Positions 13,025 to 26,305 of a stretch of 64,000 nt of DNA are shown here, piece after piece; position 1 is the first letter of the stretch; every line of letters begins with the position of its first letter. Below the pieces are notes generated by a model, which was not told where the DNA came from, searched no databases, and saw nothing but the letters and a program-made list of their open reading frames with translations. Position numbers and translations under genes: made by a program. Origin of the DNA: Octopus vulgaris (lineage: Eukaryota); contig OX597819.1 in the NCBI GenBank assembly GCA_951406725.2, forward strand, positions 26,164,001 to 26,228,000, in the 5' to 3' direction.

Positions 13025-13094
13025 TTTGATACTTGTTTGTGCCCCCCACCACTGCTTGACAACCTGCTTTGATCTGCATGCGTTCCCGTAATTT
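12862..13094. repeat. Inverted duplication of a SINE segment around (TA)n(TG)n
   Basis: Arms of about 70 bp, AAATTACGGGAACGCATGCAGATCAA.. and ..TTGATCTGCATGCGTTCCCGTAATTT. Confidence 0.9.
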
Positions 13095-13120
13095 ATATAT
13101 ATATGTATATACACTTATAC

Positions 13121-13151
<31 letters not shown>

Positions 13152-13434
13152 AACAAAAATAACTTTCGGCTACATATACATATATACCATACACATGAAC
13201 AATCTTTGGTCAAACACATACACACACGCACACACACATCATTTTCATTCACACCACGCACGGGTACCTTTCTTTGTTGGGATCACTAGCATCTTATTAT
13301 CTCCCTTTCATCCAACCTCTTTTGTTAGTATTATCTCATTTTCATTCAATCTTGTTTTTCCAATTATTCGCCATGCGGGGCTGCTGAAATCTACCAGCTT
13401 CGTTCATTCTCTATGTTTATTTTGTCTTATTCCT

Positions 13435-13468
13435 TCCTTCTGAAGAGCGTAGGCTCGAAACATAAATT
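13435..13468 (+). ncRNA. Degenerate minimal hammerhead motif
   Basis: CTGAAGA-GC-GTAG-GCTC-GAAAC-ATA. Stem I is poor. Confidence 0.5.
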
Positions 13469-13619
13469 CTTTCACTTGTTTGCTATTCATACACCGGCCT
13501 TCGTCTTTTGTTTTTCTATAAATTTCTACTGTATTTATATCAGTTGAATAAAGTTACAACATGGTCTGATTTTCACGTTTTCTATTATTGTATTTAAAAA
13601 ACATTTTTTTTTTACAAAG

Positions 13620-14200
13620 TTAGGGCAACTCGAGAAAGACGAACCCATGAATGGAACACAATACCATTTCTAGTATCACACATGTATCACCAAAACATTT
13701 TTTAACATCATCAAAACAAATTTGCCATTTATGAAACAAAGGGACAAATTAACAAAGACAAACTTCAACATGTCAAACAGGATAAAACATTCACAGTATC
13801 CAAATGTAATGATAACAGATGTGAAACGTGTAAATACATGCATACTGGTAGATCCATTAGAACAAAAAATGGACAGATTTTTCACAAATGCAGATATGAA
13901 ATGCAAAAGCAGAAATTTGATATGCTGCATTAAATGCCCTAATGGCGAGGAACTATATACATTGGCAAAACAGGGAATGGATTATCGGAACGCTCACGTG
14001 TTCACAGACAACAAATCCGTAACACTGTTGTTCTCCAAATTCCATTGCGCGAAGATATAGAACCATGTAATAAAAAGATGGTTCTAATTTTTCTTTTCCA
14101 CACACGCCATAACACAAAGGAGATTGGAAGGCAGATAAAAAAAAGACTTTCATTAAAATTTTCAAAACTGTAGTGAACGGAAGTAACAACAAGAATATAA
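13620..14200 (+). pseudogene. Penelope-like GIY-YIG endonuclease remnant
   Basis: DMKCKSRNLICCIKCPNGEELY, then after a frameshift YIGKTG..LSERSRVHRQQI, preceded by a Cys-containing linker. Confidence 0.75.
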
Positions 14201-14240
14201 CAACCAGTTAATGATGTTTATTAAAAAATATCGTTTTCTA

Positions 14241-14272
<32 letters not shown>

Positions 14273-14371
14273 CTGCGTGTGCTGTAGCTTGTAGCCCCAG
14301 GAAGCTGGCTATTGATACATTTTCTGTGATCTATCAGTATTTGCAAAGGACAGTCATCCTTCCCATCTCCA

Positions 14372-14412
14372 GCCTGACGCGAGTTTCTGGGTATTGACCC
14401 GTCATCAGCGTG
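14372..14412 (-). ncRNA. Minimal hammerhead motif
   Basis: Reverse strand reads CTGATGA-CGGGT-CAAT-ACCCA-GAAAC-TCGC-GTC. Stem I is diverged. Confidence 0.6.
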
Positions 14413-15390
14413 TGACACCCACCCAATGCATATATATATGGACATCTACCCAAGATGCCACGCAGTAGGACTGAACCCAGAATCATCTGGTTGGGAAGCA
14501 AACCTCTACCCACAACGCTACACCGTTGCCTCTACACATACATATATGTAGAAATAATCATACGTTTGTGCGTACGAAACCGCGCGCGCGCGTGTGTGTG
14601 TGAAGGAGCAGGGTTCGGTGGTTAGAGAGTCGAACTCACAATACTGAGATATTGAGTTCGATTCCCGATAGGGGTGGGGTGGTGAGCTCGAGCAAGACAA
14701 TTTATTTCACGTTTCTCCAGTTCATTGATCAGATAAAAGGCTTAAATAGTCTTGACTATTAATTCTGCCATGAAGGCAAACCATTGGGCCGGCGGATTTC
14801 CAAGATATAGCCCCCCACCCCAGATCATCATAGATCCTCCTCCAAGTTTAACGGTTGGAAGAAGGTAGCCTGGGTCAAATGCTTCTTTTGGCTGTCTCTA
14901 CACGTATACTCGGCGGGTGGTCGGAAATAAGGTAAACGATGACTCGTCCGAGAAAATAACATTCTTCCACTGCTCTTTATCCGTTATTTTGTCCAACCTT
15001 TGTATATACATGTACACATCTTTCTATGTGTTTTTGTGTCTGTGTATGTTCCCCCCATCACCGTTTGACAACGGTTGTTGGTGCGTTTACATCCCCGTAA
15101 CTTAGCAGTTCCAGAAATGACACCGATAGAATAAGTATTCGGCTTAAAATTGATCTCAGGACCTTTTATTTAAAAACAATATGTAAGTCCTGGGTTTGAT
15201 TTGTTCGACTAAAGCCGTTCAAGTCAGTGCTCCAACATCACCGCAGTCAAATGACCGAAACAAGTTAAGGAATACAAGTATATGTATGTATATTGTGTAT
15301 TATGTTTGTAGTTGTGTATCCAATATTTTGCACTTGCGATGATTTCTATACAACACAGAATATTCCCAACGCACGAACTCCAATACACAC

Positions 15391-15432
<42 letters not shown>

Positions 15433-15723
15433 ACACACACACACACACATACATACAGAGTTATATATCAGACTTTTTTGAAAACCGTTTCAAGCATTGT
15501 CATATAGGTGACTTAAATAACTATCAGCAATTTTTTTTATAAATGCAAAGAAATAGAAAAAATATTTTTATTAATTTGCATAGGTTATTTAGTGATCCTA
15601 AATGACTTCGGGAAACATTGCCCTCTTTTCAACCAGAAATGTGAAAACAATGAAAGACTTCTGAGAAACAAGTCGTTAACAGGAGGGCGTTTCCAGTTTG
15701 AGCTCACATGCTGTTATCTCCCA

Positions 15724-15761
<38 letters not shown>

Positions 15762-15841
15762 GCAATGATAAAGTAAAACTATGTATATATATATATATAT
15801 ATATATATAAACACATGTGTGTGTGTCTATATGTATTTATG

Positions 15842-15878
<37 letters not shown>

Positions 15879-16013
15879 GTGTGTATGCATGTTTGTATGT
15901 ATGCATGTATATATATGTATGTATCTATGTTTGTATGCCTGTATATATGTATACATATATATATATAAGGCATATAGATACTCATGTGTATCTATATACA
16001 CAAACACACACAC

Positions 16014-16047
<34 letters not shown>

Positions 16048-18567
16048 AGGCATCCCCCCACACACATATTGTGGGTTTCAGAAAGATCAGTGTCACACAT
16101 TTAGTAAGGCTTAGTGCAATGCGGAGATCTCTGAACAATAATATTGTCTCTTGTGCTTTGGATTAGTTATAACTTAGTACTTCATGATTAGTAATATATC
16201 TCTGAATGCTCGTGTGTTTGTTTTTGATGCATATGTTGTTACCACCAAATGTGTACTTAAAATATACGTTGACATCCAAGATCGATTTGTAAAGCAGATG
16301 GAACTCCTGAGAAATTAATGAGGCGGCACATACATCAGTAAATTTGAGAGGTGAATAGTTTTTCATTGCATTTGAATGAAATATCCATATTGAATAGAAT
16401 TAGTACAAATGATAATACTGGCAACATAACAACCATTACCATTACGAACATAATCACTTCATTTTATCATCGATGTTGCTGTGCTAATGTAACATATAAG
16501 GTGTTATCGTGTTGCGACGATTATGAAATAGATCTCACTAAACTGTGCATGCGAGCCGGTTTCAATTTCCGATTGTTGGATTTTCATTTCCTTTTAGTTG
16601 GCAATGTTTTCCTTCTTTTTTTTATCATTATTTCACTAGAAGCATATTCGTTGTACAATCTCATTTCCTTTGAGCTAAGTAGTTGTGGCTCTCCATGAAA
16701 TCGTTAAATGAACACGACAAAAATAAATAGGTAGCTCTGAGAAGCAGAATTAATGATTGTTAAACAACAGCTCGTGTCAGTTATATAGTGAATAAACATT
16801 TTTGATGAAGAGCAGACATGATCCAGCTCAAATTATCAACGCAGTGGAAAGCGATGAACATTATGACAATGATCAATGACTAATACTGGGAATCAAAGAC
16901 TTCACTGTACTTACTGCAGTATTGAGAAGAGAAACATTAAATGTGGTTACAGTACTGCAACCCGAGTACGAAAAATCAAATCCCTAAATTCAAATAGTCA
17001 CGGGCGCCATCTGCATGGAAATCTAGAGGTATATCGTCCTGCTTTGAACCTTATAATTTCATATAGCACCGAGGCCGTCTTTGCTTTTCATCCTATCGCG
17101 ATCGATAAAATATGTGCGACATGAGCCCTAAGGTCGATGTAATCGACTAAACCCTTCCTTTTAAATTGCTTGCTGTGTCAAAATTTGAAACAATGTAATG
17201 AAAATTCTAATTTTCATACATTGTCTCCCATACTCAGTGAAATTATTTTTTAAAAAATCACTGAGTAATTAACCATGTTTGTTGTTGTTGATGCTTATTC
17301 TTAACAAACCGCGCAGTCAATTATCTATATTCATTTCAAGGTGCAACAGTTAATCTCATTGCAGGCCTTACATCTCATTTGCCAGGCGTTCATTAATATT
17401 AAATACATAATCCACATTCTAGAAACACATACTTTTTCCTGTTCCTTTCCACAACCCTTTCCTACACGCAACCACTTCATTTGTCTGCCAACAGGGCACT
17501 TAATTTTCATTTACAGTACTCCACCTATCGAAGGGAGATACTGCGAAGAACATAGAACCTGTAAGAGCAAAGTAACTTTTGCTCAGTTCGTAGCTAGGAA
17601 GCCGAAATTGTAAAATCAATGTCAACCTTTCCTTGTATATATTAACATGTGCTCTATAAAAAAAATATATTGAAAGAGTTTTCAATTTAATATTAAATGA
17701 TTTTCATTGTTAAATCGTTGGTGTCTGACGTTTGAGTTGTTATTTTTTTGTATTTGTATCTTTAGAATTGTCTGTTTTTTCTATTGCATATCAAAAAAAA
17801 AAAAATACCAGCATTATACCAGGTCACTTTTATGACGGTAACAAAATGTAAACATACAAAACTACAATAGCTGACTGAAAATATTTTAGTAACTATCAGC
17901 CAATAAAACAAAATTGACATTTTTTCTGTTCGTCATCTCCGCTAAATTGTGTACATGATCAAAGTAACTTCACTATTAAGTGCACACGTCATTAGGGTAA
18001 TAAATAATGGCTGCAACGTGAAATTGCAGTTGTAACCACTCACTGAATCGTGTCACTGACGTGTGTTTTGTTATTAGCCTGTGATAATTACCCTCAAAAT
18101 GGTCCTGAGCCGTAACTTGGAGGGCGTAGGTCCTTCGCAATTGTTTACTCGGCCGAGTGACTACTCGTGAATGAGAAATTTTGAAAGGGATCTCGCTGGG
18201 ACAATATTTTTTTTTCTTTTTCTTTCCTTGTCACTTTATGAGTAAAACATTTCTGTGATCAGAATATTGAAGATAAAATTAGCAGTCTCAATTAATTATT
18301 TCCTATGAGTCAGCAAAATTAAAAAGGGTGATGAATTAGGGAAAAGAAAAGAAAACACTATTAGGGTTTTTCTATATAGTTAACAAGTTTGCCTCATAAA
18401 CACACAACTATGCGTTCGACCCGGAGTCTCCTGACAGGGATCAAACGAGTTTAAACAATGAGTACATGGGATCTTTCGGTTTTCCTCCAGGACCAAAAAG
18501 TAAACAAAAGAATGACAGATGGTTATATAGAAACCTGAATGAGGACCCAATAATCAGGCATACTACG

Positions 18568-18825
18568 GTTTTATATTTAAATGAGGAATCATGTACATTG
18601 TTTACATTATTTACAATTAACGGATATTTGTCCTCATCCTGTTTGTTGTTAACACAAAGTTTCGGCTGATGTACCCTCAAGCCTTCATCAGGTGTATTGG
18701 GTAAATTTCGAACGGGGTTCTCATTCCTAAGGTATGTTTTGATGTTGTGGTTGTTATTCAGATCATTGCCTGGAATCAAACTCGGAATCTTGGGGTTAGT
18801 AGACCGCGATCTTAACCATATGCCC
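18568..18825 (-). mobile_element. tRNA-headed, hammerhead-bearing short retroelement, copy A
   Basis: Reverse strand reads GGGCATATGGTTAAGATCGCGGTCTACTAACCCCAAGATTCCGAGTTTGATTCC, then an AAC/AAT spacer and an HHR. Confidence 0.8.
18652..18695 (-). ncRNA. Minimal hammerhead ribozyme motif
   Basis: Reverse strand reads ACAC-CTGATGA-AGGCT-TGAGGGTACATC-AGCC-GAAAC-TTT-GTGT. Confidence 0.75.
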
Positions 18826-18834
18826 ACGTTTATA

Positions 18835-19071
18835 TGATGTAGCGGTCAAGAGTGCTGACTACTAACCCCTAGTGCTGTAAATTCTAGGTAGTGACCTGAA
18901 TAGTAATAATAATGATAATAATAACGACAACAACATTGAAAAATACCTTAGGAACGAAAACCTAGGTTCGAAATTTCCCCAAGACACCTGATGAAGGCTG
19001 AAGAGTGTAATAGCCGAAACGTTGTGTTAACAACAAACAAGATGAGGACAAATATCCGTCAATTGTAAATA
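18835..19071 (+). mobile_element. tRNA-headed, hammerhead-bearing short retroelement, copy B (inverted relative to A)
   Basis: Diverged head (GACTACTAACCCC), (AAT)n spacer, HHR, and the shared tail AACAACAAACAAGATGAGGACAAATATCCG. Confidence 0.8.
18984..19027 (+). ncRNA. Minimal hammerhead ribozyme motif
   Basis: ACAC-CTGATGA-AGGCTG-AAGAGTGTAA-TAGCC-GAAAC-GTT-GTGT, with palindromic AACGTT forming stem III. Confidence 0.82.
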
Positions 19072-19612
19072 ATACTACGTTGTCAGCAACTCTGATGATC
19101 CTGAGAGTCGTCAGCCTCCTCACTTATTTTCATAAGGCTTAAGAGTTAATACCGCTGACTACACAGAGATGCTGGGGAAACGTATGAGGCCCCGCGTCGA
19201 CAGAGTGCGCAAAGGAAGACCGTATTCTTTCCAACAAGACTCTGCGCCGTCTCATATGGCTTGGACAACAAGCGTGAATAAGTGCCAGTCTCGATGGTCA
19301 TGCTCTCCTCAAGACATGGCCTTCTAGCTCACCAGACTTCGATCCACTAGATTATTACCTATGGGGTATGGTTGAGAGAGAGACCACCATAACTAGCACA
19401 ATGTCCAAGATTGATAATTTGATTTGGACATGTCAACGCCCCCGATCCTTATTGAAGCTGACAGTGGTGTTTAACAGTGAATTCATTGAATAGGCGTAAT
19501 AAAATTATTCTCATTATTATTTGTGCCAATTTGTTTTCGAATGCAGCTGTTCTTTGATGAGCTTTGCGTCTTTTTCTAAATGCAACAAAAATCTGATGCA
19601 CATTGTATACAT

Positions 19613-19648
<36 letters not shown>

Positions 19649-19746
19649 TAGATAGATAGATAGATAAGACAGCTAAAATAGATAGATAAACACTCACAAC
19701 GACCGGTAGTTCGTTGCTCCAACCACTGGGCCATTGTGCCTCCACT

Positions 19747-19817
<71 letters not shown>

Positions 19818-20111
19818 ATACAGGGATCGAGGTGTAGGAAGACGTTAGCTTTAAGCAATCCGTAGTAAATATACAAAGCAACTTTCAGGGACAATAGTGG
19901 TTTATTGAGACGGAAGGTTGTCTATCTTTTTTTATTCTGATTGAATCTTCCATGTGTAAACATGTACCGCCTTGCGATATTCTAAACGATATCCTTGGCC
20001 TAAAAGGTAGCCAGCGATATACACCTCGCTTGGATATTTAACACTTCCGAGGTTCCGCTCGCTATGAAACGTATGTAGCCGGATCTTATCTCTACTCCAT
20101 TCCTTAACTCT

Positions 20112-20178
<67 letters not shown>

Positions 20179-22427
20179 ATCACTACATATTTTCTTTACA
20201 TCTATTTCTTGAATGGATATGAGGAATATGTTATTGACTATTCAAATTTGAGATTCGTCTTGTCATATTATTTTGCACAAACTTGTGCGAAGATATCTTA
20301 AGAAGGATTGCCATTGTTATAAATTATTATTCTTTTCTTGAAATGTCATTCTTTAACTAATAATGTAAACTCAAATAACTTTTAATGTAGAGAATCGACA
20401 TGACGGTGAATCGAGTGGCAGAAATGTTAGCTAGTGGATCGAATATATTTTGATAATTGTCTCTGTTATTTGTATTCTGATTTCAAATTCCATATAAGGC
20501 AACCTTGTCTTTTATCTTTAAGTGGTTGATATATAAAGTACCAATAGATTTCTGAAGTTAACTTCTTTCACCCTTTTCTGTCCCTCCATTCTCTTTCCCT
20601 CTTTCAGAATCGGTTATGTGTCTTGTTGAGAGTTTTAATGTAAGAGGAAATCTCTTGTAGTGTCTCTTTCTTCCGCAAAATAGATAAGAGTTGTGTGAGT
20701 AACGAATAACTTTTGTTTCTAGAATGCTGTAAAAGAAGAAAAACAAAAGAAAAATCCGCAGGAATCAGAAACTAGAAATGGTAGTGTAAATGGGCCGGCG
20801 TGTCGTACAACACAGAACAGTTTAAAAAATTCAATAGCTCACATTTCATATGGAACCATTCGTTATCATGCTTTAAACTGATCGCAAATTGTTATTATTT
20901 CCGATATCAGTTATTAATTACTTGACCTTTTTACACTCAGGAAATATGCCGCCCAAATTCTTTTAAGCTCATTTCCGCCATTTGATTTCTTTATTTTCAT
21001 TGATGTTTTGATTGTTCACTGCTTTCCAAATTAAACGGTCGTGATCAGTTACTTCCTCCGAATGTGATGCAAATAAAGTAGAAACAATTACATCCATTTT
21101 ATGTATTTTCGCAGGTTTTGCTCAGTGTTTTTTTTTTGTTTTTGTTTTTTTTTATGCAGTTATCCACTGTATGTGATTTTATAAGCTCCAGTTGATCTGG
21201 AGTTTGTATGTTCCGCCTCTTCTTAACAAAACATTTTCGTCAGAATTTCTTGGGTGCATAGCTATTCAAGCTGTATTGCATGTTGTATGCCAGTGTATAT
21301 TACTCTCCTAAGTTAGATCCTTACTTTATGGAGAAATAGTTACACAAACACAAAACAGGTGAAAGCTGGTGAAACAGCTGACATGCAAGATAACCGAAAT
21401 GCGATATACATTTTTCTCATTTATTATTTCAATCACCTGATATTTGTTGAGAGATTCCCAACCTCATCCGCACACTGTCTATATATATATATATACATAT
21501 GTCAGCGTAATATATGTACATATATAAACCCCTATGTTTGTATATAAACATATATGTACGTACATACCCACGTATGTACATAAATACAAGTACGTATTTA
21601 TACCTACCTTTGACTTTTCTTTTTATACATTGCCAACATTTCATAAAACCGTTCACCTGCAATGATTTATTTTATAATATTGCTTTTGCTTTGAGATGCA
21701 AGCTCACCTATGCCATTCATGCCGTCAGAATTTGCAATGAACTAACGATCGATTCAATAAAAATCGCAAATGCAACCTCTTTTCTTGTACATATCTAGGA
21801 AAAGTTTTGTTCGTTTTAATCCATTCTTGTATGTCTCAGATACGCATCCTTGTGTTTGACATAGAAATCAATAGTATGATGCTTTATTTTATCATTTATT
21901 GTTGGTAAGTGCACACTGCGTAACGACTTAGAGTTAATTTCTATGGCACTTTAATGATAGTATTTATTAATGTATCACATAGAGGTGTGGGAAGAGGCAT
22001 AATTGTGTAGTGTTATGTGTTATGGTGTATGAACTGGAAAGTGATGGACCTAACGATTTCAATGTTATCCCATTGATTCAATGTTCAGTAAAATAATACT
22101 AGAGGGAGAACTCCACGTTTAAAGATTAAAAGCATGGCTGAGATGACTACACAATGACGATGAAAACCTAATAGACCGAATTATATACATGAATGTCTCT
22201 TGAACGAAAACAATGATTTACATTTCCGCACGCCACCCCAACACCCAATATGTAAATTAGCTTTAAGAGATTAATTTTTAATTTATTGAATTAGCCTACA
22301 CTTTTTCTTTCAGAGACGCCACAATTGATACAAGTTTTATTTATTTCTCTTCCGATTTATTGAAAAAGTATAATTTAGTTAAGGTTTGCTTCCCGTGTTC
22401 TTTTTGTATACATTATACCCTGTTGCT

Positions 22428-22520
22428 GATGTTGAAATTCCAATGAAGGACCATTGGATCTGGGTTAGAAACCGACTCCTTCTCTATTGGCAAGAAATCT
22501 TGAAATAAAATAATGACATA
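22428..22520 (+). repeat. Short (about 95 bp) interspersed hairpin repeat
   Basis: GATGTTGAAATTCCAATGAAGGA..CTATTGGCAAGAAATCTTGAAAT. Copies at 60186-60282, 60602-60693 and a partial at 59860-59917. Confidence 0.75.
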
Positions 22521-23388
22521 TATACGTATATATGTACATAGACATCAATTTAAATACAGAACTAAAAGAGCTACTAACAGTGTTATGCTTTCATGATATT
22601 TGAACAGGCGTATTTATAAAATACGCCATGTGTCTCAAAGCAATCTTTCAGGCTCTGTTTATGCATTGTACATAGCGAAAAATGAAAGAGCGCCAGAGGA
22701 CGGTAGAGAGAGAGAAAGGGAGAGACTTTTCCGTAAATGTTGTTATTGTATACGCTTACGTCAGCCATGATTAGAACGACCTGATCGAATGTTATCATCC
22801 CTTCTTAATCTTAAACGTTACTTCCAGGACCGCATCATTTAGTGTGCACCTCTTTAACGATTAAGTAGTATTTCAGGGATATTTAGCAACAAATACTTGC
22901 ACACTGAGCGATTATAAAGAGTCCCCCACTATCATAGATAATTATTTAATATCAAACTTGAGAATCGGTATAGCCTGCTGTATTTTATGAAGTTTTTTTT
23001 AAAGGCGTACTCATTCATTTTGTAATACGATGTTTAATGATTTTTAACGTAAAACTTGCATAACATGGCATTGTTAGGTATTGATTTATTATTTTGATAA
23101 GATGCCACTCATTTCGTTGGAGGTTACGATCGTTTATTGTACACCCAGAGATTGACTGGTTCTTTATTTTATCTATCTCAAACGGATGAAAGACAAATCT
23201 ACTTTTATCGACACCAGAACGATAAAGCCAATCTCGTGTTTTATGACCAGAATATGTGATTGAAGATACGACAGCTGAAATGTTTTGTTACCACTAATCA
23301 TGAGGAAGACATAACCTATACGCTTCAGATGTTGAAAAGTAACTATTCTAAGGCAATGTAATTAGAAGTTTAGAAGCTGATGTAAATA

Positions 23389-24285
23389 CAAGGTGTGCTG
23401 AAAAGTAATGTCGTCTTTCCAAGCAAATACTCAGAAGCTATACCACAAGAGTATCCGTGTTAAAGTATCGGGGATTTATTCCCTTTGCAATATTCATCTC
23501 AAGCAGATGAATATTGCAAGGGGAAGTGTATAGAGAAGGCAAATGGGTACCTCATGAGCTGTGCGTTTAACAATTTACAACTATCTGCTAATCAGGAATG
23601 AATGAAAAAACATCTTTCTTAAATCTAATTGTAAGAGGTGATGAGAAATGGATAGTCAATAACATCAATAAACGTAAAAAGCGGTGATTAACCCAAATAA
23701 AAATCTAGTTCCAACACTCAAATCATATCTACACCCACGGTAGATTTGACTGTGAGTTTGATGGAATACAATTGGTATTATTCATTTCAAACTACTAAAA
23801 CACGGATAGTTCATCAGCGCAGAAGTTTGTCAATGGCTTGAAGGTGTCAATCAAATTTTAGGCAAAATAAATAAACGACTGAATTAAATCAACAAAAAGG
23901 GAGTCATCCGGCAACAATAATATCAGACAACATTCAGAAAAGATAACCCAAGAAAAGATCAATTCTTTAGTTTGGGAAGCAGCTCTACCCCATTCTCTCT
24001 GCTCACCTTACATAGTACCATCAGATTTCAATTTATTCTGCTAATATCGATACTTTAATTGTGGTAAAAATATTCAGAAGTAGAGAAGATGTTGAAATAA
24101 CACTCCAAATATGTTACGCTCCTAAAGGATCTGACTTATCTTTTTCCCGAGGAATCAGAAAACTGATTTCGAGGTGGGAAAGTATTATTGCTAACGCGGT
24201 TCATTTAGAATGAATATTTACGGTATGTTTTGCATTTATTTGAACTCATTACGTGAAATACAACATGAAGTTTCAGTACTCCTAA
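23389..24285 (+). mobile_element. Old mariner (DD34D-type) transposon remnant
   Basis: IVRGDEKWI, WNTIGIIHFKLL and VPSDFNLF motifs with many stops. TA-CAAGGTGTGCTGAAAAGT left end. Confidence 0.8.
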
Positions 24286-25001
24286 CACTTGGCTTGCTAT
24301 TCTGATTTCAAACTGAAATCCGAGTTTGAGAAAAGCATTATTAACACAACCACAATTTTCTTTTTGTTTCATATACTCCATATATTCCTTGCCCACGAAA
24401 AAAGAATCCAATATACTTTTATGCATCGAATTTATATACGGTGGTGAGCTATCTGTGATTGGATGTTATGATACCGTTTCTATTTCTAATGAGTATGGTT
24501 TGAATTCCAGTATGAGCCGAATGCTTTCTATTAAAGAATATTAATTGTCCCATATTTCAACCTTTCCTTCAATCTAAACCCAATTACTAGCGCCCATTGA
24601 AAGGGTTTTCTTCTGATAATTCTAAGGATATTTATGATGCATCGTAGAGCTATAAACTACCCTTAATAGTGATACGTTATGATATCGATGTGTAAATATG
24701 AAAATAAAATTAGTCTCGATAGGAGGCAAGCTAAGAAGGTTAAGCGCTGTAACCAAATACATCAAAGAATAGTACCAAAATAATGTTCTCGAATGGGTGT
24801 GTTAAATCTGGTAATAGATTAAGATTAGCTGTACATTGCTATTCAGATTGTCGTATTAACATTCTACTTGACAGAGAAGCTCATTATTTAATAGGTAGTG
24901 AGTGATAAAATATATTAATGCGCATGTAATTCCAACTGAATATAGCAGTGAGAGTGAGGTAAATTCGCTTTCAATGATAATTACAATTATTGCGTCCGCT
25001 C

Positions 25002-25862
25002 CATTTGCCGGAATTCATTACGCTTTCTATCGCATGTAAAATGTTGGTTGGTGTTACAAAGTCTCATCTAAGTATTACTGACACATATATAATATAGCTC
25101 GTATTTAATATAGTATGCTGATGAACTCGCTATAATACATTGAATACGCATATAATATTTAGTTGGCGTTAATTTGATGTTCTATGCCAAATCATTCTTT
25201 AATATCTCCGAAGCTTTATTTGCCGGAATTCATTACGCTTTCTATCGCATGTAAAATGTTGGTTGGTGTTACAAAGTCTCATCTAAGTATTACTGGCACG
25301 TATATAATATAGCTCGTATTTAATATTGTATGCTGATGAACTCGCTATAATACATTGAATACGCATGTAATATTTAGTTGGCGTTAATTTGATGTTCTAT
25401 GCCAAATCATTCTTTAATATCTCGGAAACTTCATTTGCCGGAATTCATTACGCTTTCTATCGCATGTAAAATGTTGGTTGGTGTTACAAAGTCTCATCTA
25501 AGTATTACTGACACATATATAATATAGATCGTATTTAATATTGTATGCTGATGAACTCGTTATAATACATTGAATACGCATATAATATTTAGTTGGCGTT
25601 AATTTGATGTTCTATGCCAAATCATTCTTTAATATCTCCGAAACTTCATTTGCCGGAATTCATTACGCTTTCTATCGCATGTAAAATGTTGGTTGGTGTT
25701 ACAAAGTCTCATCTAAGTATTACTGACACATATATAATATAGATCGTATTTAATATTGTATGCTGATGAACTCGTTATAATACATTGAATACGCATATAA
25801 TATTTAGTTGGCGTTAATTTGATGTTCTATGCCAAATCATTCTTTAATATCTCCGAAACTTC
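25002..25862. repeat. Tandem array of four 215-bp units
   Basis: GCCGGAATTC recurs at 25007, 25222, 25437 and 25652. Only a few substitutions between units. Confidence 0.97.
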
Positions 25863-26238
25863 GAGTCAAAGATGGAGCCAATTCGTTGTCACTCAATTTG
25901 CTTGATATATAGGCCAAACATCACACCTTATTATTTCACACAGGTAAAAAATTGAATAATGTAGTCCGAGATACACAGTACTTGAGAAACTGAAGTGATG
26001 GCTACGATCGGAACACGTTAGTCATAGTAATGCTTTTTAAATTATTTTGTTAAAGTTATTTCAACAGATATTCTATAGAAATTATAGCCAGCACTGATCT
26101 TTGCTACAGCGTTCCCTATGGAGATGTCAGATATATGACATCGAAGTCCAAAATAGGTAATGATTGTATATGCCATATTTGGTTTTTTTTTTTGGCGTCT
26201 TCATCAGCATTCATCTAACTCATTCTCGCCTACTCATC

Positions 26239-26299
<61 letters not shown>

Positions 26300-26305
<6 letters not shown>

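Larger units (their letters stand above)
18400..19420 (+). mobile_element. Decayed Tc1/mariner (maT/DD37D-like) transposase split by an insertion
   Basis: NDRWLYRNLNEDPIIRHTT before the insertion continues as LSATLMILRVVS..GLRVNTADY..RPYSFQQDSAPSH..WPSSSPDFDPLDYYLWGMVERE after it. Confidence 0.85.

Noticed and set aside
14783-14920. HDV-like ribozyme starting GGCCGGC
   Set aside because: No complementary P1 strand or nested pseudoknot found.
25002-25862. CRISPR-like array
   Set aside because: Whole units repeat with no unique spacers, there are no cas genes, and the context is eukaryotic.
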